This document shows, one piece after another, positions 1-8,622 of a DNA stretch of 64,000 nt. Source of the DNA: Candidatus Hydrogenedens sp. (lineage in GTDB: Bacteria > Hydrogenedentota > Hydrogenedentia > Hydrogenedentales > Hydrogenedentaceae); the NCBI GenBank assembly GCA_049968235.1, contig JBMFRC010000011.1, forward strand, positions 32,001 to 96,000, given 5' to 3'. The position numbers and the translations under genes are program-made. The stretch's first letter is position 1; each line of letters starts with the position of its first letter. The notes beneath the pieces were generated by a model. That model saw nothing but the letters and a program-made list of their open reading frames with translations. It searched no databases and was not told the DNA's origin.

Positions 1-61
1 TTACTTCAATGGGCGAAGTAATCAAAAAAGGTTTATTAACAAAAATATAAGGAGTAATCCT

Positions 62-1045
62 ATGAAGAAAAAAGGTTTCACACTCATCGAACTGCTGGTC
101 GTTATTGCAATCATTGGCATCCTCGCTGCAATATTGTTACCAGCACTGGCACGGGCACGCGAAGCGGCAAGACGCTCCAGCTGCCAGAACAATTTAAAAC
201 AATGGGGTCTCGTTTTCAAAATGTATTCTAACGAGGCGAAGGGAGAACGGTTTCCTCCCATTCAGGCAGGTGGTTATAAGAATGTAAATGGGCAACTTAA
301 ACCTGTTTTAGATGCAGGACCCAATGTATTTGTTCTGTATCCGGAATATCTGACGGACCCCATGATTATCTTTTGTCCATCGGATGCAGAATTAGGTCAA
401 TCTATTGCCAAAGCACATCTCAATGGGGATGTTAATCAAGATTGGTGTATTGGTTATGCGGATAGCAATGGTGGAAATTGTGCGCGTGCCATTGACGCGA
501 GTTATGGCTATTTAGGTTGGGTTTTAGATAAAGGGAATTGTCCCCCGCAAGACCCCGTATCTACGCTTAGCAGTTTTACCTATTTAGGCACGATTGCGTC
601 ATTCCTTGGTGTAACAATTGACATGAACACCGAAGTTTCTACACAAGTTGGTTCAGCACTGGATTATTTGGTTCAACAAATATTGCCATTATTGAGTGGA
701 AGTAGTATTCCCAATGGAATTCTTCCCATAGCTGACAATGATATACCTGTTCCTAATGGTGTAGGAAACGGTGGTGGTTCTACTGTATATCGTCTTCGTG
801 AAGGTATTGAACGTTTCTTGATCACAGACATTAACAATCCAGCAGCATCAGCACAAGCCCAAAGTTCCGTATGGATTATGTTTGACCAGTTATCAACCAA
901 TCCTGCGGCATACAACCATATTCCCGGAGGTTCAAATGTGTTATACATGGATGGTCATGTGCAGTTCCAGAGATATGGTGAATGTGAACCTGCTCCTGTG
1001 AATAAGCCTATGGCAGTCCTTGTGGGTATTTTGACCTCCAATTAG
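62..1045 (+). CDS. DUF1559 (H-X9-DG) protein with prepilin-type N-terminal cleavage/methylation domain (type IV pilin-like)
   Basis: N-terminus [44 protein letters not shown] is the hallmark class-III signal / DUF1559 head. C-terminus [17 protein letters not shown] matches the H-X9-DG motif. SD-like AAGGAG lies upstream. Confidence 0.85.
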   Translation: MKKKGFTLIELLVVIAIIGILAAILLPALARAREAARRSSCQNNLKQWGLVFKMYSNEAKGERFPPIQAGGYKNVNGQLKPVLDAGPNVFVLYPEYLTDPMIIFCPSDAELGQSIAKAHLNGDVNQDWCIGYADSNGGNCARAIDASYGYLGWVLDKGNCPPQDPVSTLSSFTYLGTIASFLGVTIDMNTEVSTQVGSALDYLVQQILPLLSGSSIPNGILPIADNDIPVPNGVGNGGGSTVYRLREGIERFLITDINNPAASAQAQSSVWIMFDQLSTNPAAYNHIPGGSNVLYMDGHVQFQRYGECEPAPVNKPMAVLVGILTSN

Positions 1046-1125
1046 ATTTAGTATTTCTATAAATCCCACAAAAAAGCGTCGGTATCTAATGGATATCGAC
1101 GCTAATTTTTTTAGTTGATGGACTA

Positions 1126-2367
1126 TTAATTTTCAGGGTATATATCAGGATAACTTGAATTATAATTAATAGAATAGACTCGCCCTTTTTCAGATATGGA
1201 CAACCTTCCTGCTTCATTTATTAACTCATTATAAAATGAATTTTTAGGTGTGGCAATAATACCGAGATTATCTATTCTTTCCATTTCTTCTAACTGTTTC
1301 TGCTCATCATCACTACTATCAATTTTCTTCACACAATGCACTAATTCCTCTATTGAAGTATAGCCATATCCAACAGGTTTTAATCCGGGACCGTTCCACG
1401 GCACTAATCGGAAGTAATCCGTATTGATAGTAAAAAACTTTTTCTTAGGTTCTATCAGTTCTTCTCTAATACTGTAACTTACACCACGGAATTGGTCATC
1501 GTGTTTCAAGGTTGTTGTGCAATTTTCATTTTCAAAGTATAATTCCAATCCTTGCTGGTTACTACCGCCTCCCATGTCGGGATAACCCAGACCATTGATA
1601 ACAGATAGGATACCGCCATTTTCATAAATTACTCTACCATGTGACCACAAATAACCTATATTACCATTAGGGAATGGCTTTCTAATACCAACCACAGAAA
1701 CAGATACCGGTTTTAGCCCTGTAATAAAAGCAACAAGGTCAACATAATGACAGCCAACATAAGTAAAAGGGTCGGAAATATCACAGGTAAACCAATTTTG
1801 AAAATTACTGTGGCGATAGTAGTAAGGCTCAATCATCTTTGCCTCACCAATGACAAATTTGCCAAATAATCCATTTTGATAATTCTTTCGTGCCAAAAGG
1901 GAACGAATATCAAACCGTTTATGGTATTCGACCCCCACAAAAAGTCTTTTTTCCTTTGATATTTTTTTAATCTCCACAAGTTGCTTATATGTCTGAACAA
2001 GGGGCTTAACGCAAATTACATGCTGTTCATGAGCAAGTGCTTCCATAATAGCGGGATAATGCAAGTGGTCTGGCAAGGCAACAAAAACACATTGACGGGG
2101 TGGTAGATTTTTTATTGCCTCTTTGTATAAATCCGGGTAATATTCATTTTCGGGTGTATTCAGAGGAGGGAAAGGTATAAATGTTTGTTCGGGGAAAGCC
2201 TCCTTAATAAATGGGCTTTCCTGTAAAAATTTTAAGGGTGTGGTATGTCGGGCACAAATAGATATTTTTCCTATTTCCCCTAGTCTTTGTAATTGATATA
2301 GACTTGGGAGAATCTGGTCATGGACAATCATTCCTCCACCTAATATAAGAATATCTTTTCCCGACAT
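1126..2367 (-). CDS. Divergent Gfo/Idh/MocA-like NAD(P)-binding oxidoreductase (putative)
   Basis: N-terminal Rossmann-like ILILGGGMIVHDQILPSL. HVICVKPL resembles the EKP motif region of the Gfo/Idh/MocA family. 413-aa complete ORF. Confidence 0.4.
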   Translation of the reverse strand: MSGKDILILGGGMIVHDQILPSLYQLQRLGEIGKISICARHTTPLKFLQESPFIKEAFPEQTFIPFPPLNTPENEYYPDLYKEAIKNLPPRQCVFVALPDHLHYPAIMEALAHEQHVICVKPLVQTYKQLVEIKKISKEKRLFVGVEYHKRFDIRSLLARKNYQNGLFGKFVIGEAKMIEPYYYRHSNFQNWFTCDISDPFTYVGCHYVDLVAFITGLKPVSVSVVGIRKPFPNGNIGYLWSHGRVIYENGGILSVINGLGYPDMGGGSNQQGLELYFENENCTTTLKHDDQFRGVSYSIREELIEPKKKFFTINTDYFRLVPWNGPGLKPVGYGYTSIEELVHCVKKIDSSDDEQKQLEEMERIDNLGIIATPKNSFYNELINEAGRLSISEKGRVYSINYNSSYPDIYPEN

Positions 2368-2380
2368 AACATAAATCCTA

Positions 2381-3376
2381 TTATTTATAGTTCTGATAGT
2401 AAGTTATTGTTATTTCTTTTTGAAGTATTTCCAATTCCTGTTTCAAAATATCCCTTACTTTCTGGTGAATAAGTTGCTGGTAAATTCCTTGTTTCATCTT
2501 ATCAAAAGGAATTGTCCCCGGTATGTTTCTGGAAATAACTTTTAAGATATTCCATCCATTACGGGTCCGAAATGGAGGAGATACGGCTCCCACAGGAAGT
2601 GTTATAAGGTAATGTTTTACTTCGGGTAAAACCTGTTTAAGGGACATCTCATAGTAGCAATATCCCTGTCTTCTCGAGAAAGGGTCTTCGGAAAGTTGTT
2701 GAGCGAGAAGGAAAAAATCTTCACCATTCTGAATACGCTGGTATATTTCATTTATCTTTTTCTCTTTCTCGGGGTCTCCCGTAAAATCTATAATAAGGAT
2801 ATTTGAAAAATCATAAGTTTCTGTAATTCTTTTTGCCCATCCAGATTTAACATATCGCTGGTATGTGTCCTGTATTTCTTTATCAGAAACGGATACTGTT
2901 TTTTCTATTTTTTGAATATATTTTTCAACGATATGTTTCTTTTTAATCTGGTCTTTAATATATTCGTCTGTGAGATTGGATGTTTTTAGCCATCTTTGAT
3001 ATTCTATATCTCCCCCCAATAGAGAAATCCCTTCTTTGTAAATACTGTCAAATTCTTCATCCGTACAGGTAATATTGTTACGGATAGCTAATAGAAAAAT
3101 CATGGTTTGTTCAACAATTTCATCCAATACTTTTCTCTGGAAGTTCTGAACATTTTGAGGAGAAAACAGAAGATTTCTTTTTCTCAATTCAATTTGACGA
3201 TATTGTAAATATGCTTCATAATCGGCTTTTGTAATCCTTTCTGAACCTACCTGGACCATTACTTCATCTTTTAATAAAGATAAATCCTCAGTTTCTTTTA
3301 AAGCAAAGACAGTGTTAGAAGTTATAATGATGGAGATAAGATTTGAGAATATAAAAAACCCTATTCTATTTATCAC
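2381..3376 (-). CDS. Secreted SurA/PpiC-type peptidyl-prolyl isomerase-like chaperone (putative)
   Basis: N-terminal hydrophobic signal. C-terminal GAVSPPFRTRNGWNILKV resembles the end of a parvulin (PpiC) domain. The N-terminal region is SurA-like and helical. Confidence 0.45.
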   Translation of the reverse strand: MINRIGFFIFSNLISIIITSNTVFALKETEDLSLLKDEVMVQVGSERITKADYEAYLQYRQIELRKRNLLFSPQNVQNFQRKVLDEIVEQTMIFLLAIRNNITCTDEEFDSIYKEGISLLGGDIEYQRWLKTSNLTDEYIKDQIKKKHIVEKYIQKIEKTVSVSDKEIQDTYQRYVKSGWAKRITETYDFSNILIIDFTGDPEKEKKINEIYQRIQNGEDFFLLAQQLSEDPFSRRQGYCYYEMSLKQVLPEVKHYLITLPVGAVSPPFRTRNGWNILKVISRNIPGTIPFDKMKQGIYQQLIHQKVRDILKQELEILQKEITITYYQNYK

Positions 3377-3409
3377 ATTGTAATACCTGTTTTATGTTAT
3401 TCAATTAAT

Positions 3410-4456
3410 TTATAAAGTAATAGGCTTTCTAAGACGGGCAGATTTATAAATTTTTTCAATAAGTGCAACTGCATTTCTTCCTTCCCTACCGTCTACAGCA
3501 GGTTTACGACCTTTTATAATCGCATGGGCAAAATCTTCAATCTGACGCCGATGTCCTTCAATTTTTAAGGCAGATAATGGGTCACCGGCACCTGAACCCA
3601 ACTCTGATTCTTTAGCCATAGATTGTTCCACTTTTGTATCAATAGGCTTTTTCTTACTAAATCTCCAGAAAACTAATTTTCCATCTTCAAGCACGGCACT
3701 ACCTTCAAAACCATGGATTTCTACACGAGCAGGATGACCGGGCCAGATAGCGGTACTTCCTTCAATTACACCGTATGCACCGTTTTGAAATTCAAGAGTT
3801 GCGGTAGCCAGGTCTTCTACTTCCAAGCCTTCATGAGCAATACATTGCGTTTGGGCATATAGTCTCTTTACCGGACCCATAAACCAGAGGAGTAAATCGA
3901 TTTGATGAATTCCCTGATTCATTAAGGCACCTCCCCCATCCAATTTCCAAGTCCCTCTCCATGAGGCACTAGCATAATATTCTTTAGAACGGAACCATTT
4001 AATATAGGCATCACCTAAAACTAATTTGCCAAAGCGATTTTGTTCTATAGCTTGCTTGACTAACCGAGAACCTTCTGCAAAACGACTCTGGAAAATACAA
4101 CCTAAAAGGACACCGTATTTATCTGCGGCTTTTATAATACGGTCAATCCGTTGTGTAGTAACTTCCAAAGGCTTTTCCGAAAGGATATGTTTTCCAGCCA
4201 TAGCACAGTTTTCAGCAATTTCAGCACGCAGACCGCTTGGCACACAAATACAAATTGCCTGTATATCTTTTCGTTCTAACATTTTTTTATAATCGGTATA
4301 GGGTTCTGCATTATATTGGCTTGCCAGTTTTACCGCATTCTTTTCAACAACATCTGAAACAGCAATTAATTTTGCATTAGGAATTGCATTTATTGCAGAT
4401 GCATGAACAGGACCGATATTCCCACAGCCAATAATTCCAAATCCTACTTTCTTCAT
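3410..4456 (-). CDS. Gfo/Idh/MocA family oxidoreductase
   Basis: MKKVGFGIIGCGNIG...LIAVSD...SEKPL are the family signatures. Start revised to the ATG at 4456, which has GGAGGAG 8 nt upstream; the ORF track extends to 4564. Confidence 0.85.
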   Translation of the reverse strand: MKKVGFGIIGCGNIGPVHASAINAIPNAKLIAVSDVVEKNAVKLASQYNAEPYTDYKKMLERKDIQAICICVPSGLRAEIAENCAMAGKHILSEKPLEVTTQRIDRIIKAADKYGVLLGCIFQSRFAEGSRLVKQAIEQNRFGKLVLGDAYIKWFRSKEYYASASWRGTWKLDGGGALMNQGIHQIDLLLWFMGPVKRLYAQTQCIAHEGLEVEDLATATLEFQNGAYGVIEGSTAIWPGHPARVEIHGFEGSAVLEDGKLVFWRFSKKKPIDTKVEQSMAKESELGSGAGDPLSALKIEGHRRQIEDFAHAIIKGRKPAVDGREGRNAVALIEKIYKSARLRKPITL

Positions 4457-4609
4457 TTCATACTCCTCCAATAATTTGTTTATACATGTTAAAACTTTTA
4501 CTTTTTGAGATAATATAAGCGGACTACATCGTAAATTATAACTATGATATAATAGCAAATCCAACCTTATGTATTACGATGTGTTATCTATTTTTGTAAG
4601 GATATTTTT

Positions 4610-5782
4610 ATGAAATTGTCTCTGCAATTTGGTGCAGGAAATATTGGTAGAGGTTTCTTAGGTCAACTTTTCTTTGAAAGTGGCTATCATACCCTTTTTA
4701 TAGATGTTGTCCCTGAACTTGTGGAACACATAAACAAAATAAAGAAATATCCCATCAAAGTTGTTGGAGATATTGAATACACTATATTTGTTGAGAATGT
4801 ATCTGCTCTTTTACTTACCGAAAAAGAAAAAGTGGCAGAAGCGGTTCAAAAATCGGACATAATTGCTACAGCGGTAGGGGCAAAGGGAGTACCGGCTGTT
4901 GCGGAAATTCTTTCTAAGGGAATTGCAAAAAGATTAGAGGAAAAAGTTATAAAACCCTTAAACATTATCATCTGTGAAAACCTCCCTGAACCAAAGAAGA
5001 CTTTTTATCAGGAAATAACCTCATATCTCCCGAAATATCTATTAGAACCTTTTGAAACATATATAGGATTGGTTGAGGCGTCTATAGGAAGAATGGTCCC
5101 TATTATTACAGAAGAGGATAAAAAGGAACATCCTTTGCTGGTTCGGGTTGAAGAATACTGTGAACTTCCTGTAGATGCAGATGCTTTCAAAGGAGATATT
5201 CCCCAAATTAAGGGGATGAAATTATGTCGTCCTTTTTCCGGATATGTTCATCGTAAATTATATGTGCATAATCTTACTCATGCTGTATGTGCCTATCTGG
5301 GAAGGTTAAAGGACTATAAATTCATTTGGGAAGCCATCGAAGATAATGAAATATATACGATAACAAAGGATGCAGGGATAGAAAGTGCAAAAGCCATTCA
5401 TAAATTAGATGGACTTCCTTTTTCTGAACTTGAAGAGTATATCAATGACCTATTGATAAGGTATAGGAATAGACATTTAGGAGACCAGATAGAACGCGTG
5501 GCAAAAGACCCTATTCGTAAATTAAGTGAGGGAGAAAGATTAATCGGTTCTGCTATGTATTGTTTAACTGCGGGAATAACTCCTTTAAATATCTCCTTAG
5601 GTATAGCAGGTGCTATATTCTACAATGGTAACGATGAATCCTCCCAAAAATTGAAGCAGATAAGAGATTTGAATGGTGTTCATGGAGTGTTAAAAGATAT
5701 ATGTAAAATAGATGAAATACATCCACTATTTAATCTAATAATAGAAGCAATAAACAAATTAAAAAATAAAAACTGGTTATAA
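4610..5782 (+). CDS. mtlD: Mannitol dehydrogenase family protein (mannitol-1-phosphate 5-dehydrogenase-like)
   Basis: N-terminus MKLSLQFGAGNIGRGFLGQLF closely parallels the E. coli MtlD N-terminus (MKALHFGAGNIGRGFIG). Length ~390 aa is typical. Confidence 0.7.
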   Translation: MKLSLQFGAGNIGRGFLGQLFFESGYHTLFIDVVPELVEHINKIKKYPIKVVGDIEYTIFVENVSALLLTEKEKVAEAVQKSDIIATAVGAKGVPAVAEILSKGIAKRLEEKVIKPLNIIICENLPEPKKTFYQEITSYLPKYLLEPFETYIGLVEASIGRMVPIITEEDKKEHPLLVRVEEYCELPVDADAFKGDIPQIKGMKLCRPFSGYVHRKLYVHNLTHAVCAYLGRLKDYKFIWEAIEDNEIYTITKDAGIESAKAIHKLDGLPFSELEEYINDLLIRYRNRHLGDQIERVAKDPIRKLSEGERLIGSAMYCLTAGITPLNISLGIAGAIFYNGNDESSQKLKQIRDLNGVHGVLKDICKIDEIHPLFNLIIEAINKLKNKNWL

Positions 5783-5806
5783 AAACATCAACAGAAGGAT
5801 AAAATC

Positions 5807-7141
5807 ATGTTTGAAGTAAAAATGCCTAAGTTAGGACAAACGGTAGAAGAAGCAATGATTGTCCAATGGCTCAAACAAGAAGGTGAGGAAGTTAAAGAAG
5901 GAGAACCCTTATTTACCGTTCAAACCGATAAAGCAGAAATTGAATTTGAATCACCTGCAAGTGGGACGCTATTGAAAATATTGGTGGAAGCAGGTATTGA
6001 GATACCTGTGTTAACAGTAGTAGCCCTCATAGGGGATAAGAATGAAGCCATTCCTTCGGAATATGCCCGGGGAGGTATATCGGAAGCATCCCCAAAATTG
6101 GCGGATAAAGAAAAACTTGAAATAAAAGAAGAGACACCTACCACAATGCCTCCTGCCCCAGTTGCAACAGGTCAATCGACCACAATGTCTGAAAAAGTTA
6201 TTGCATCTCCGAGAGCAAAAAAGGTAGCAGAAATTCATAATATTCCTTTGCAAAATGTTTCGGGTTCTGGAGTTGGTGGGAGAATTATGTCTTCCGATGT
6301 TGAAAATGCTATACAATCGCAGGTTAAAGCAACACCTGTAGCACGAAAATTAGCAGAACAGGGAGGAATTAATTTGCACAATGTTACAGGTTCAGGACCT
6401 CATGGGAAAATTATGAAAGAGGATGTTGAAAAAGTAAAGACATCTCCTCCCCCGGAAACCGCTACATCTACACTGCCTCCCACTATGAAAAAGATACCTC
6501 TTACACCCATGCGTAAAATTATTGCAGAGCGTATGGGACAAAGCATGCATATTGCACCTCATTACTACATAACCGTTGAAATAGATATGTCGAATGCTAA
6601 AATTTTACGCGGAAAACTACCCTTTAAGGTATCTTTTAACGATATTGTTCTTTATGCTGTAGTAAAGACACTTCGCGAGTTTCCATCCGTAAATGTGCAA
6701 TGGGGGGGCGATTGTATTATTCAAATGCCGGATATTAACTTAGGGGTTGCTGTTGCTTTACCGCAAGGTTTAATTGTTCCTGTAATCCCAAAAGCACAGG
6801 AATTATCTTTAGAGGGGCTTTCCAAAAAAGCAAAGGAACTCATTACCAAAGCACAAAATAACAAATTACTCCCGGATGACTATACAGGCAATACATTTAC
6901 AGTGTCTAATTTGGGACCGTATGGAGTAGACCATTTTACTGCGATTATAAATCAACCTGATAGTGCTATTCTGGCGGTTGGACAGATTAAAGATAGACCG
7001 GTGGTTGTTGATGGGGGTATATTTATTCGTTCTATAATGAAAGTTACTATGTCCTGTGACCATCGGGTTATAGATGGAGCATTGGGTGGTCAGTTTATGG
7101 GCAGGTTCCGTGAAATATTGGAATTGGCAGATTTTATGTGA
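5807..7141 (+). CDS. Dihydrolipoamide acyltransferase (E2 component of a 2-oxoacid dehydrogenase complex), single lipoyl domain
   Basis: Lipoyl-lysine motif TVQTDKAEIEFESP. Pro/Ala/Thr-rich linker. E3-binding region. Catalytic C-terminal motif SCDHRVIDGA. Confidence 0.9.
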   Translation: MFEVKMPKLGQTVEEAMIVQWLKQEGEEVKEGEPLFTVQTDKAEIEFESPASGTLLKILVEAGIEIPVLTVVALIGDKNEAIPSEYARGGISEASPKLADKEKLEIKEETPTTMPPAPVATGQSTTMSEKVIASPRAKKVAEIHNIPLQNVSGSGVGGRIMSSDVENAIQSQVKATPVARKLAEQGGINLHNVTGSGPHGKIMKEDVEKVKTSPPPETATSTLPPTMKKIPLTPMRKIIAERMGQSMHIAPHYYITVEIDMSNAKILRGKLPFKVSFNDIVLYAVVKTLREFPSVNVQWGGDCIIQMPDINLGVAVALPQGLIVPVIPKAQELSLEGLSKKAKELITKAQNNKLLPDDYTGNTFTVSNLGPYGVDHFTAIINQPDSAILAVGQIKDRPVVVDGGIFIRSIMKVTMSCDHRVIDGALGGQFMGRFREILELADFM

Positions 7142-7169
7142 TAACCCAAAAAGAAAAGGAGAAAGAATA

Positions 7170-8558
7170 ATGGCTGATTATGATGTTATCGTAATAGGTG
7201 CTGGTCCAGGAGGATATGTTTCTGCAATTCGTTCCGCACAAAGAGGTGCCAAAACAGCAGTGATTGAGAAAAAATATTTAGGTGGGGTATGTTTAAATAT
7301 TGGTTGTATCCCGACAAAAACATTAATAAACACTGCGGGTCTCTACCGTAAGTTGAAAAAAATAGACGAATTCGGTATTCATGTTGGTAATGTCCAATTA
7401 GACCTTAATCAATTGAAGCAACGGAAAGATAAAGTCATTTCTTTAAATACCGGTGGTATTGAACGACTTTTCAAATCTTACCATATTGATTGGATTAAGG
7501 GCGAAGCAATCATTCATAAACCCAATGAAGTTACTGTTGATGGTAAACAAATTACCTCTAAAAACTTAATAATAGCCACGGGTGGGAGGCCTATCGAATT
7601 ACCTATTTTACCTTTCGATAAAAAACAAATTATTGATAGTTCGCAAGCGTTGGAATTAACAGAAATACCCGAGCGAATTGGTATTATAGGAGCCGGGGCT
7701 ATTGGGTGTGAATTTTCTAGTATCTGGAATAGTTTTGGAGCAGAAATACATCTTATTGAAATGCTACCGCATATTCTTCCAAAAGAAGATGAGGAACTTG
7801 CAAAAAGACTTGAATCTATATTCAAAAAGGAGGGTATTCAGGTTTATACAGGTAGCAAATTAAAAGGGGCAAAAATAAATGATGGTGGTATTACTCTTTC
7901 TATTGAAGGAAACAAAAATGTTGAAATTACAGTTGACCTTGTTCTTGTATGTGTAGGGATGCGATGTAATTCAGACTGTATACAGGAACCCCTTCGCAGT
8001 GCACTTAAAATCAATAAGAAAGGTGGAATTACAGTAAATGAGAAGATGGAGACAGGGGTTCCGGGTGTATATGCAATTGGTGATGTTATTGACCGTACAT
8101 GGCTGGCACATGGTGCTTCTAATGAAGGTATTGTAGCGAGCACAAATGCTACAGGTGGAAATAAGCGAATGGACTACCGTATTCTCCCAGCTTGTACCTT
8201 TACATTTCCGGAACTGGCAAGTGTTGGATTAACAGAAGCAAAGGCAAAAGAACTGGGTTATTCTGTTAAAACTGGGAAATTCCTCTTTTCTGGAAATGGT
8301 CGAGCACATACCATCGGTGAAGCAGAAGGTATGCTGAAGATAGTAGGTAATACTCACACAGATGAAATTTTAGGTGTCCACATTTTAGGACCGGAAGCAG
8401 GTGAAATAATAGCAATTGCCAGTGTTGCCATGAAATTGGAAAGCACTGTTGAAGAATTAGCAGAGACTATCTTTACACATCCTACTTTATCCGAAGTGTT
8501 AATGGAAGCCAGTGAGGACTATTATGGAATGAGTATTCATAGTCCTGCGAAAAAATAG
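7170..8558 (+). CDS. lpdA: Dihydrolipoyl dehydrogenase (E3)
   Basis: MADYDVIVIGAGPGGY FAD-binding motif. Redox disulfide GGVCLNIGCIPTK. C-terminal dimerisation region. Start set at ATG 7170; the ORF-track extension from 7074 overlaps E2. Confidence 0.9.
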   Translation: MADYDVIVIGAGPGGYVSAIRSAQRGAKTAVIEKKYLGGVCLNIGCIPTKTLINTAGLYRKLKKIDEFGIHVGNVQLDLNQLKQRKDKVISLNTGGIERLFKSYHIDWIKGEAIIHKPNEVTVDGKQITSKNLIIATGGRPIELPILPFDKKQIIDSSQALELTEIPERIGIIGAGAIGCEFSSIWNSFGAEIHLIEMLPHILPKEDEELAKRLESIFKKEGIQVYTGSKLKGAKINDGGITLSIEGNKNVEITVDLVLVCVGMRCNSDCIQEPLRSALKINKKGGITVNEKMETGVPGVYAIGDVIDRTWLAHGASNEGIVASTNATGGNKRMDYRILPACTFTFPELASVGLTEAKAKELGYSVKTGKFLFSGNGRAHTIGEAEGMLKIVGNTHTDEILGVHILGPEAGEIIAIASVAMKLESTVEELAETIFTHPTLSEVLMEASEDYYGMSIHSPAKK

Positions 8559-8622
8559 TTATATAATGTAAAAATCATCATCTTTTTTTGGGTTGATAAT
8601 ATAAATCCATTATAATGAATAC

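Noticed and set aside
140-4260. TGGCAC hexamers inside coding sequence (e.g. ~146 and ~4240) as additional sigma-54 promoters
   Set aside because: They lie inside CDSs, lack a TTGC at the correct +5 spacing, and have no downstream start codon in the right orientation.
3410-4564. Longer 384-aa version of the Gfo/Idh/MocA ORF starting at 4564
   Set aside because: The family N-terminus (MKKVGFGIIGCG) with a GGAGGAG SD lies at 4456. The upstream 36 codons have no homology signal.
7074-7169. N-terminal 32-codon extension of the lpdA ORF in the six-frame track
   Set aside because: It overlaps the E2 gene 3' end. The canonical MADYDVIVIGAG N-terminus with an upstream AAGGAG SD begins at 7170.
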